Origin: Mobula hypostoma
Taxonomy: Eukaryota
DNA length: 64,000 nucleotides
Assembly (NCBI RefSeq): GCF_963921235.1
Contig: NC_086097.1
Coordinates: forward strand, 104,038,001 to 104,102,000
Reading direction: 5' to 3'
Below, piece after piece: positions 11,101 through 23,100 of this stretch (position 1 is its first letter; every line of letters starts with the position of its first letter). Made by a program: the position numbers and the translations under genes. A model generated the notes under the pieces. The model had not been told where the DNA came from. It did not search any database and saw nothing but the letters and a program-made list of their open reading frames with translations.

Positions 11101-14100
11101 GGTGCAGGGGAGATGTGACTGGTGTGGCAGGGTGTAGGGGAGGTGTGACTGGTGTGGCAGGGTGTAGTGGAAGTGTAAACGGTGTGGCAGGGTGTGGTGG
11201 AGGTGTAAACATTGTTGAACTGTGTAGGGGATGTGTGACTTGTGTGGCAGGGTGTAGGGGAGGTGTGACTTGTGTGACAGGGTGTAGGGGAGGTGTAAAC
11301 GTTGTGGCAGGGTGCAGGGGAAATGTAAACATTGTGGCAGGGTGTAGGGGAAGTGTAAACGTTGTGGCAGGGTGCAGGGGATGTGTAAACGGTGTGGCAG
11401 GGTGTAGGGGATGTGTAAATGTTGTGGCAGGGTGTAGGGGATGTGTAAACGGTCTGGCAGGGTGTAGGGGAAGTGTAAACATTGTGGCAGGGTGTAGGGG
11501 ATGTGTAAACGGTGTGGCAGGGTGTAGGGGAAGTGTAAACGTTGTGGCAGGGTGTAGGGGATGTGTAAATGTTGTGGCAGGGTGTAGGGGAAGTGTAAAC
11601 ATTGTGGCAGGGTGTAGGGGATGTGTAAACGGTGTGGCAGGGTGTAGGGGAAGTGTAAACGTTGTGGCAGGGTGTAGGGGATGCGTAAATGGTCTGGCAG
11701 GGTGTAGGGGAAGTGTAAACGGTGTGGCAGGGTGTAGGGGAAGTGTAAACGTTGTGGCAGGGTGTAGGGGATGCGTAAATGGTCTGGCAGGGTGTAGGGG
11801 AAGTGTAAACGTTGTGGCAGGGTGTAGGGGAAGTGTAAACGTTGTGACAGGGTGTAGGGGACGTGTAAATTTTGTGGCAGGGTGTAGGGGAAGTGTAAAC
11901 GTTGTGGCAGGGTGTAGGGGATGTGTAAACGGTCTGGCAGGGTGTAGGGGAATTGTAAATGTTGTGGCAGGGTGTAGGGGACGTGTAAACGGTGTGGCAG
12001 GGTGTAGGGGACGTGTAAACGGTGTGGCAGGGTGTAGGGGAAGTGTAAACATTGTGGCAGGGTGTAGGGGATGTGTAAACGGTCTGGCAGGGTGTAGGGG
12101 AAGGGTAAACGTTGTGGCAGGGTGTAGGGGACGTGTAAATGTTGTGGCAGGGTGTAGGGGAAGTGTAAACGTTGTGGCAGGGTGTTGGGGACGTGTAAAC
12201 ATTGTGGCAGGGTGTAGGGGATGTGTAAACGGTGTGGCAGGGTGTAGGGGAAGTGTAAACGTTGTGGCAGGGTGTAGGGGAAGTGTAAACATTGTGGCAG
12301 GGTGTAGGGGACGTGTAAACGGTGTGGCAGGGTGTAGGGGAAGTGTAAACGTTGTGGCAGGGTGTAGGGGAAGTGTAAACAGTGTGGCAGGGTGTAGGGG
12401 ATGTGTAAACGTTGTGGCAGGGTGTAGGGGAAGTGTAAACATTGTGGCAGGGTGTAGGGGATGTGTAAGTGGTCTGGCAGGGTGTAGGGGAAGTGTAAAC
12501 GTTGTGGCAGGGTGTAGGGGACGTGTAAATGTTGTGGCAGGGTGTAGGGGAAGTGTAAACGTTGTGGCAGGGTGTTGGGGACGTGTAAACGTCGTGGCAG
12601 GGTGTTGGGGACGTGTAAACGGTGTGGCAGGGTGTAGGGGAGGTGTAAACATTGTGGCATAGTGTAGGGGAAGTGTAAACGGTGTGGCAGGGTGCAGGGG
12701 AAACTGTAAACAGTGTGGCAGGGTGTAGGGGAAGTGCAAATGGTGTAGCAGCGTGAAGGGGGAAGTGCAAACGGTGTGGCAGGGTGTAGGGGAAGTGGGG
12801 ACTGGTGCGATGGGGTGTAGGGGAGGTGGGGACTGGTGTGGCACGGTGTAGGGGAGGTGGGGACTGGTGTGGCAGGGAGTAGGGGAGGTGTAAACTTTGT
12901 GGCATTGTTTAGGGTAAGTGTGAATTGTGTGGCAGAGTGTAAGGAAGGAGCAAATGGTGTGGCAGGGTGTAGGGGAAGCGAAATCCGTGTGGCGGTGTGT
13001 AGTGGAGGTGTAAACAGTGTGGCAGGGGATAGGGAAAATGTGATTGGTGTGGCGGTGTGTAGTGGAGGTGTAAACGGTGTGGCAGGTTATAGGGGAAATG
13101 TGACTGGTGTGGCAGGGTGTAGGGGAAGTGTAAACAGTGTGGCAGGGTGTAGGGGAGGTATAAACTGTGTGGCAGGGTGTAGGAGAGTTGTAAACTGTGT
13201 GGCAAGGGTAGGTGAGGTGGGACTGGTGTGGCAGGGTGTAGGGGAAGTGTAAATGGAGTGGCAGGGTGTAGGGGAGGTGTAAATGTTGTGACAGGGTGCA
13301 GGGGAATTCTAAACGGTGTGGCAGGGTGTAGGAGAGTTGTAAACGGTGTGGGAGCGTGTAAGGGAGGTGCGACTTTCGTGGCAGGGTGCAGTGGAGGTGT
13401 AAACAGTGTAACAGGGTGCAGGGGAGATGTGACTGGTGTGGCAGGGTGTAGGGGAGGTGTGACTGGTGTGGCAGGGTGTAGTGGAAGTGTAAACGGTGTG
13501 GCAGGGTGTGGTGGAGGTGTAAACATTGTTGAACTGTGTAGGGGATGTGTGACTTGTGTGGCAGGGTGTAGGGGAGGTGTGACTTGTGTGACAGGGTGTA
13601 GGGGAGGTGTAAACGTTGTGGCAGGGTGCAGGGGAAATGTAAACATTGTGGCAGGGTGTAGGGGAAGTGTAAACGTTGTGGCAGGGTGCAGGGGATGTGT
13701 AAACGGTGTGGCAGGGTGTAGGGGATGTGTAAATGTTGTGGCAGGGTGTAGGGGATGTGTAAACGGTCTGGCAGGGTGTAGGGGAAGTGTAAACATTGTG
13801 GCAGGGTGTAGGGGATGTGTAAACGGTGTGGCAGGGTGTAGGGGAAGTGTAAACGTTGTGGCAGGGTGTAGGGGATGTGTAAATGTTGTGGCAGGGTGTA
13901 GGGGAAGTGTAAACGTTGTGGCAGGGTGTAGGGGATGTGTAAATGGTGTGGCAGAGTGTAGAGGAGGTGTAAACGGTGTGGCAGGGTGTAGGGGAGGTGT
14001 AAACATTGTGGCAGAGTGTAGGGGAGGTGTAAACGTCGTGGCAGGGTGTAGGGGAAGTGTAAACGTCGTGGCAGGGTGTAGGGGAAGTGTAAACGTTGTG

Positions 14101-17100
14101 GCAGGGTGTAGGGGAGGTGTAAACGGTGTGGCAGGGTGTAGGGGAAGTTTAAATGGTCTGGCAGGGTGTAGGGGAAGTGTAAATGTTGTGGTAGGGTGTA
14201 GGGGAGGTGTAAACGTCGTGGCAGGGTGTAGGGGAGGTGTAAATGGTCTGGCAGGGTGTAGGGGAGGTGTAAATGGTGTGGCAGGGTGTAGGGGATGTGT
14301 GAACGGTGTGGCAGGGTGTAGGGGATGTGTAAACAGTGTGGCAGGGTGTAGGCGAAGTGTAAACATTGTGGCAGGGTGTAGGGGAAGTGTAAACGGTGTG
14401 GCAGGGTGTAGGGGAAGTGTAAACATTGTGGCAGGGTGTAGGGGATGTGTAAACGGTCTGGCAGGGTGTAGGGGAAGTGTAAACGTTGTGGCAGGGTGTA
14501 GGGGACGTGTAAATGTTGTGGCAGGGTGTAGGGGAAGTGTAACCGTTGTGGCAGGGTGTTGGGGAAGTGTAAACGTTGTGGCAGGGTGCAGGGGATGTGT
14601 AAATGTTGTGGCAGGGTGTAGGGGAAGTGTAAACGTTGTGGCAGGGTGTAGGGGAGGTGTAAACATTGTGGCAGAGTGTAGGGGAGGTGTAAACGTCGTG
14701 GCAGGGTGTAGGGGAAGTGTAAACGTCGTGGCAGGGTGTAGGGGAAGTGTAAACGTTGTGGCAGGGTGTAGGGGAGGTGTAAACGGTGTGGCAGGGTGTA
14801 GGGAAAGTTTAAATGGTCTGGCAGGGTGCAGGGGAAGTGTAAATGTTGTGGTAGGGTGTAGGGGAGGTGTAAACGTCGTGGCAGGGTGTAGGGGAGGTGT
14901 AAATGGTCTGGCAGGGTGTAGGGGAGGTGTAAATCGTGTGGCAGGGTGTAGGGGATGTGTGAACGGTGTGGCAGGGTGTAGGGGATGTGTAAACAGTGTG
15001 GCAGGGTGTAGGCGAAGTGTAAACATTGTGGCAGGGTGTAGGGGAAGTGTAAACGGTGTGGCAGGGTGCAGGGGAAGTGTAAACATTGTGGCAGGGTGTA
15101 GGGGATGTGTAAATGGTGTGGCAGGGTGTAGGGGAAGTGTAAACGTTGTGGCAGGGTGTAGGGGACGTGTAAATGTTGTGGCAGGGTGTAGGGGAAGTGT
15201 AAACGTTGTGGCAGGGTGTTGGGGAGGTGTAAACGTTGTGGCAGGGTGTAGTGGATGTGTAAACGTTGTGGCAGGGTGTAGGGGAGGTGTAAATGGTGTG
15301 GCACGGTGCAGCGGAAGTGTAAATGTTGTGGTAGGGTGTAGGGGAGGTGTAAACATTGTGGCAGGGTGTAGGGGATGTGTAAATGTTGTGGCAGGGTGTA
15401 GGGGAAGTGTAAAGGGTGTGGCAGGGTGTAGGGGATGTGTAAACGTTGTGGCAGGGTGTAGGGGACGTGTAAACGTTGTGGCAGGGTGTAGGGGAAGTGT
15501 AAACGGTGTGGCAGGGTGTAGGGGAAGTGTAAACATTGTGGCAGGGTGTAGGGGATGCGTAAATGGTCTGGCAGGGTGTAGGGGAAGTGTAAACGTTGTG
15601 GCAGGGTGTAGGGGAAGTGTAAACGTTGTGGCAGGGTGTAGGGGACGTGTAAATTTTGTGGCAGGGTGTAGGGGAAGTGTAAACGTTGTGGCAGGGTGTA
15701 GGGGATGTGTAAACGGACTGGCAGGGTGTAGGGGAAGTGTAAATGTTGTGGCAGGGGGTAGGGGACGTGTAAACGGTGTGGCAGGGTGTAGGGGACGTGT
15801 AAACGTTGTGGCAGGGTGTAGGGGACGTGTAAACTGTGTGGCAGGGTGTAGGGGAAGTGTAAACATTGTGGCAGGGTGTAGGGGATGTGTAAACGGTCTG
15901 GCAGGGTGTAGGGGAAGTGTAAACGTTGTGGCAGGGTGTAGGGGACATGTAAATGTTGTGGCAGGGTGTAGGGGAAGTGTAAACGTTCTGGTAGGGTGCA
16001 GGGGAAGTGTAAACGTTGTGGCAGGGTGTAGGGGAAGTGTAAACATTGTAGCAGGGTGTAGGGGACGTGTAAACGTTGTGGCAGGGTGTAGGGGAAGTGT
16101 AAACAGTGTGGCAGGGTGTAGGGGATGTGTAAACGTTGTGGCAGGGTGTAGGGGAAGTGTAAACATTGTGGCAGGGTGTAGGGGATGTGTAAATGGTCTG
16201 GCAGGGTGTAGGGGAAGTGTAAACGTTGTGGCAGGGTGTAGGGGACGTGTAAATGTTGTGGCAGGGTGTAGGGGAAGTGTAAACGTTGTGGCAGGGTGTT
16301 GGGGACGTGTAAACGTCGTGGCAGGGTGTTGGGGACGTGTAGACGGTGTGGCAGGGTGTAGGGGAAGTGTAAACGTTGTGGCAGGGTGTAGGGGACGTGT
16401 AAATGTTGTGGCAGGGTGTAGGGGAAGTGTAAACGTTGTGGCAGGGTGTAGGGCAGGTGTAAACATTGTGGCAGGGTGTAGGGAATGTGTAAATGGTGTG
16501 GCAGGGTGTAGGGGAAGTGTAAACATTGTGTCAGGGTGTAGGGAATGTGTAAACGTTGTGTCAGGGTGTAGGGGAAGTGTAAACGTTGTGGCAGGTTGTA
16601 GGGGCGGTGTAAACATTGTGGCATAGTGTAGGGGAAGTGTAAACGTTGTGGCAGGGTGTAGGGGATGTGTAAACGGTGTGGCAGGGTGTAGGGGAAGTGT
16701 AAACGTTGTGGCAGGGTGTAGGGGAAGTGTAAACATTGTGGCAGGGTGTAGGGGATGTGTAAATGGTCTGGCAGGGTGTAGGGGAAGTGTAAACGTTGTG
16801 GCAGGGTGTAGGGGACGTGTAAATGTTGTGGCAGGGTGTAGGGGAAGTGTAAACGTTGTGGCAGGGTGTTGGGGACGTGTAAACGTTGTGGCAGGGTGTA
16901 GGGAATGTGTAAATGGTGTGGCAGGGTGTAGGGGAAGTGTAAACATTGTGTCAGGGTGTAGGGAATGTGTAAACGTTGAGGGTGTAGGGAATGTGTAAAC
17001 GTTGTGTCAGGGTGTAGGGGAAGTGTAAACGTTGTGGCAGGTTGTAGGGGAGGTGTAAACATTGTGGCATAGTGTAGGGGAAGTGTAAACGTTGTGGCAG

Positions 17101-20100
17101 GGTGTAGGGGATGTGTAAACGGTGTGGCAGGGTGTAGGGGAAGTGTAAACGTTGTGGCAGGGTGTAGGGGAAGTGTAAACATTGTGGCAGGGTGTAGGGG
17201 ATGTGTAAATGGTCTGGCAGGGTGTAGGGGAAGTGTAAACGTTGTGGCAGGGTGTAGGGGACGTGTAAATGTTGTGGCAGGGTGTAGGGGAAGTGTAAAC
17301 GTTGTGGCAGGGTGTTGGGGACGTGTAAACGTTGTGGCAGGGTGTTGGGGACGTGTAAACGGTGTGGCAGGGTGTAGGGGAGGTGTAAACATTGTGGCAT
17401 AGTGTAGGGGAAGTGTAAACGTTGTGGCAGGGTGTAGGGGAGGTGTAAACATTGTGGCAGGGTGTAGGGAATGTGTAAATGGTGTGGCAGGGTGTAGGGG
17501 AAGTGTAAACATTGTGTCAGGGTGTAGGGAATGTGTAAACGTTGTGTTAGGGTGTAGGGGAAGTGTAAACGTTGTGGCAGGGTCTAGGGGAAGTGTAAAC
17601 GTTGTGGCAGGTTGTAGGGGAGGTGTAAACATTGTGGCATAGTGTAGGGGAAGTGTAAACGGTGTGGCAGGGTGTAGGGGAAGTGTAAAAGTTGTGGCAG
17701 GGTGTAGGGGACGTGTAAATGTTGTGGCAGGGTGTAGGGGAAGTGTAAACGTTGTGGCAGGGTGTAGGGGAGGTGTAAACATTGTGGCAGGGTGTAGGGA
17801 ATGTGTAAATGGTGTGGCAGGGTGTAGGGGAAGTGTAAACATTGTGTCAGGGTGTAGGGAATGTGTAAACGGTGTGGCAGGGTGTAGGGGAAGTGTAAAC
17901 GTTGTGGCAGGGTGTAGGGGATGTGTAAATGGTTTGGCAGGGTGTAGGGGAAGTGTAAACGTTGTGGCAGGGTGTAGGGGATGTGTAAACGGTGTGGCAG
18001 GGTGTTGGGGACGTGTAAACGGTGTGGCAGGGTGTTGGGGACGTGTAAACGGTGTGGCAGGGTGTAGAGGAGGTGTAAACTGTGTGGCAGGGTGTAGGGG
18101 AGGTGTAAACATTGTGGCAGAGTGTAGGGGAGGTGTAAACGGTGTGGCAGGGTGTAGGGGAGGTGTAAACATTGTGGCATAGTGTAGGGGAAGTGTAAAC
18201 GTTGTGGCAGGGTGTAGGGGAGGTGTAAACATTGTAGCAGGGTGTAGGGAATGTGTAAATGGTGTGGCAGGGTGTAGGGGAAGTGTAAACATTGTGTCAG
18301 GGTGTAGGGAATGTGTAAACGTTGTGTTAGGGTGTAGGGGAAGTGTAAACGTTGTGGCAGGGTGTAGGGGAAGTGTAAACGTTGTGGCAGGTTGTAGGGG
18401 AGGTGTAAACATTGTGGCATAGTGTAGGGGAAGTGTAAACGGTGTGGCAGGGTGTAGGGGAAGTGTAAACGTTGTGGCAGGGTGTAGGGGACGTGTAAAT
18501 GTTGTGGCAGGGTGTAGGGGAAGTGTAAACGTTGTGGCAGGGTGTAGGGGAGGTGTAAACATTGTGGCAGGGTGTAGGGAATGTGTAAATGGTGTGGCAG
18601 GGTGTAGGGGAAGTGTAAACATTGTATCAGGGTGTAGGGAATGTGTAAACGGTGTGGCAGGGTGTAGGGGAAGTGTAAACGTTGTGGCAGGGTGTAGGGG
18701 ATGTGTAAATGGTTTGGCAGGGTGTAGGGGAAGTGTAAACGTTGTGGCAGGGTGTAGGGGATGTGTAAACGGTGTGGCAGGGTGTTGGGGACGTGTAAAC
18801 GGTGTGGCAGGGTGTTGGGGACGTGTAAACGGTGTGGCAGGGTGTAGAGGAGGTGTAAACTGTGTGGCAGGGTGTAGGGGAGGTGTAAACATTGTGGCAG
18901 AGTGTAGGGGAGGTGTAAACGGTGTGGCAGGGTGTAGGGGAGGTGTAAACGTCGTGGCAGGGTGTAGGGGAAGTGTAAACGTCGTGGCAGGGTGTAGGGG
19001 AAGTATAAATGGTGTGGCAGGCTGTAGGGGATGTGTGAACGGTGTGGCAGGGTGTAGGGGATGTGTAAACAGTGTGGCAGGGTGTAGGGGATGTGTTAAT
19101 GGTGTGGCAGGGTGTAGGGAATGTGTAAACGTTGTGGCAGGGTGTAGGGGAGGTGTAAACGGTCTGGCAGGGTGTAGGGGATGTGTAAACGTTGTGGCAG
19201 GGTGTAGGGGAGGTTTAAACGGTCTGGCAGGGTGTAGGGGATGTGTAAAGGTTGTGGCAGGGTGTAGGGGAGGTGTAAACGGTCTGGCAGGGTGTAGGGG
19301 ATGTGTAAACGTTGTGGCAGGGTGTAGGGGACGTGTAGACGGTGTGGCAGGGTGTAGGGGAAGTGTAAACGGTGTGGCAGGGTGTAGGGGATGTGTAAAC
19401 GTTGTGGCAGGGTGTAGGGGATGCGTAAATGGTCTGGCAGGGTGTAGGGGAAGTGTAAACGTTGTGGCAGGGTGTAGGGGATGTGTAAATGTTGTGGAAG
19501 GGTGTAGGGGAAGTGTAAACGTTGTGGCAGGGTGTAAGGGAAGTGTAAACTTTGTGGCAGGGTGTAGGGGATGTGTAAACGGTGTGGCAGGGTGCAGGGG
19601 AAGTGTAAACGTTGTGGCAGGGTGTAGGGAGAGTGTAAACATTGTGGCAGGGTGTAGGGGATGTGTAAACGGTCTGGCAGGGTGTAGGGGAAGTGTAAAC
19701 GTTGTGGCAGGGTGTAGGGGAGGTGTAAATGGTGTGGCAGGGTGTAGGGGAAGTGTAAACGTTGTGGCAGGGTGTAGGGGAAGTGTAAACATTGTGGCAG
19801 GGTGTAGGGAACGTGTAAATGGTCTGGCAGGGTGTAGGGGAAGTGTAAACGTTGTGGCAGGGTGTAGGGGACGTGTAAATGTTGTGGCAGGGTGTAGGGG
19901 AAGTGTAAACGTTGTGGCAGGGTGTTGGGGACGTGTAAACGTCGTGGGAGGGTGCTGGGGACGTGTAAACGGTGTGGCAGTGTGTAGGGGAAGTGTAAAC
20001 GTTGTGGCAGGGTGTAGGGAATGTGTAAATGGTGTGGCAGGGTGTAGGGGAAGTGTAAACATTGTGTCAGGGTGTAGGGGATGTGTAAACGTTGTGTCAG

Positions 20101-23100
20101 GGTGTAGGGGAAGTGTAAACGTTGTGGCAGGGTGTAGGGAAAGTGTAAACGTTGTGGTAGGTTGTAGGGGAGGTGTAAACATTGTGGCATAGTGTAGGGG
20201 AAGTGTAAACGGTGTGGCAGGGTGTAGGGGAAGTGTAAACATTGTGGCAGGGTGTAGGGGACGTGTAAATGTTGTGGCAGGGTGTAGGGGAAGTGTAAAC
20301 GGTGTGGCAGGGTGTAGGGGAAGTGTAAACGTTGTGGCAGGGTGTAGGGGAGGTGTAAACATTGTGGCAGGGTGTAGGGAATGTGTGAATGGTGTGGCAG
20401 GGTGTAGGGGAAGTGTAAACATTGTGTCAGGGTGTAGGGAATGTGTAAACGTTGTGTCAGGGTGCAGGGGAAGTGTAAACGTTGTGGCAGGGTGTCGGGG
20501 ATGTGTAAATGTTGTGGCAGGGTGTAGGGGAAGTGTAAACGTTGTGGCAGGGTGTAGGGGACGTGTAAATTTTGTGGCAGGGTGAGGGGATGTGTAAACG
20601 GTCTGGCAGGGTGTAGGGGAAGTGTAAACGTTGTGGCAGGGTGTAGGGGAGGTGTAAACGGTGTGGCAGGGTGTAGGGAAAGTTTAAATGGTCTGGCAGG
20701 GTGCAGGGGAAGTGTAAATGTTGTGGTAGGGTGTAGGGGAGGTGTAAACGTCGTGGCAGGGTGTAGGGGAGGTGTAAATGGTCTGGCAGGGTGTAGGGGA
20801 GGTGTAAATCGTGTGGCAGGGTGTAGGGGATGTGTAAACGTCGTGGCAGGGTGTAGGGGAGGTGTAAATGGTCTGGCAGGGTGTAGGGGAGGTGTAAATC
20901 GTGTGGCAGGGTGTAGGGGATGTGTGAACGGTGTGGCAGGGTGTAGGGGATGTGTAAACAGTGTGGCAGGGTGTAGGCGAAGTGTAAACATTGTGGCAGG
21001 GTGTAGGGGAAGTGTAAACGGTGTGGCAGGGTGCAGGGGAAGTGTAAACATTGTGGCAGGGTGTAGGGGATGTGTAAATGGTGTGGCAGGGTGTAGGGGA
21101 AGTGTAAACGTTGTGGCAGGGTGTAGGGGACGTGTAAATGTTGTGGCAGGGTGTAGGGGAAGTGTAAACGTTGTGGCAGGGTGTTGGGGAGGTGTAAACN
21201 NNNNNNNNNNNNNNNNNNNNNNNNNNNNNNNNNNNNNNNNNNNNNNNNNNNNNNNNNNNNNNNNNNNNNNNNNNNNNNNNNNNNNNNNNNNNNNNNNNNN
21301 NNNNNNNNNNNNNNNNNNNNNNNNNNNNNNNNNNNNNNNNNNNNNNNNNNNNNNNNNNNNNNNNNNNNNNNNNNNNNNNNNNNNNNNNNNNNNNNNNNNG
21401 TGTGGCAGGGTGTAGGGGAGGTGTAAACATTGTGGCAGGGTGTAGGGAATGTGTAAATGGTGTGGCAGGGTGTAGGGGAAGTGTAAACATTGTGTCAGGG
21501 TGTAGGGAATGTGTAAACGTTGTGGCAGGGTGTAGGGGAAGTGTAAACGTTGTGGCAGGGTGTAGGGGAAGTGTAAACGTTGTGGCAGGGTGTAGGGGAA
21601 GTGTAAACATTGTGGCAGGGTGTAGGGGAAGTGTAAACGGTGTGGCAGGGTGTAGGGGAAGTGTAAACGTTGTGGCAGGGTGTAGGGGAAGTGTAAATGT
21701 TGTGGCAGGGTGTAGGGGAAGTGTAAACGTTGTGGCAGGGTGTAGGGGATGTGTAAACATTGTGGCAGGGTGTAGGGGAAGTGTAAACGTTGTGGCAGGG
21801 TGTAGGGGAAGTGTAAACATTGTGGCAGGGTGTAGGGAATGTGTAAACGTTGTGTCAGGGTGTAGGGGAAGTGTAAACGTTGTGGCAGGGTGTAGGGGAA
21901 GTGTAAACGTTGTGGCAGGGTGTAGGGGAGGTGTAAACATTGTGGCAGGGTGTAGGGGAAGTGTAAACGGTGTGGCAGGGTGTAGGGGAAGTGTAAACGT
22001 TGTGGCAGGGTGTAGGGGAAGTGTAAACGTTGTGGCAGGGTGTAGGGGATGTGTAAACATTGTGGCAGGGTGTAGGGAATGTGTAAATGGTGTGGCAGGG
22101 TGTAGGGGAAGTGTAAACATTGTGTCAGGGTGTAGGGAATGTGTAAACGTTGTGTCAGGGTGTGGGGGAAGTGTAAACGTTGTGGCAGGGTGTAGGGGAA
22201 GTGTAAACGTTGTGGCAGGTTGTAGGGGAGGTGTAAACATTGTGGCATAGTGTAGGGGAAGTGTAAACGGTGTGGCAGGGTGTAGGGGAAGTGTAAACGT
22301 TGCGGCAGGGTGTAGGGGAGGTGTAAACATTGTGGCAGGGTGTAGGGAATGTGTAAATGGTGTGGCAGGGTGTAGGGGAAGTGTAAACATTGTGTCAGGG
22401 TGTAGGGAATGTGTAAACGTTGTGTCAGGGTGCAGGGGAAGTGTAAACGTTGTGGCAGGGTGTAGGGGATGTGTAAATGTTGTGGCAGGGTGTAGGGGAA
22501 GTGTAAACGTTGTGGCAGGGTGTAGGGGATGTGTAAATGGTGTGGCAGGGTGTAGGGGAAGTGTAAACGTTGTGGCAGGGTGTAGGGGAAGTGTAAATGT
22601 TGTGGCAGGGTGTAGGGGACGTGTAAACGTTGTGGCAGGGTGTAGGGGAAGTGTAAACATTGTGGCAGGGTGTAGGGGAAGTGTAAACGTTGTGGCAGGG
22701 TGTAGGGGAGGTGTAAACGGTGTGGCAGGGTGTAGGGGAAGTGTAAACGGTGTGGCAGGGTGTAGGGGAAGTGTAAACGGTCTGGCAGGGTGTAGGGGAA
22801 GTGTAAACGTTGTGGCAGGGTGTAGGGGACGTGTAAATGTTGTGGCAGGGTGTAGGGGAAGTGTAAACGTTGTGGCAGGGTGTAGGGGACGTGTAAATGT
22901 TGTGGCAGGGTGTAGGGGAAGTGTAAACAGTGTGGCAGGGTGTAGGGGACGTGTAAATGTTGTGGCAGGGTGTAGGGGAAGTGTAAACGTTGTGGCAGGG
23001 TGAAGGGGAATTGTAAACATTGTGGCAGGGTGTAGGGGATGTGTAAATGGTCTGGCAGGGTGTAGGGGAAGTGTAAACGTTGTGGCAGGGTGTAGGGGAC

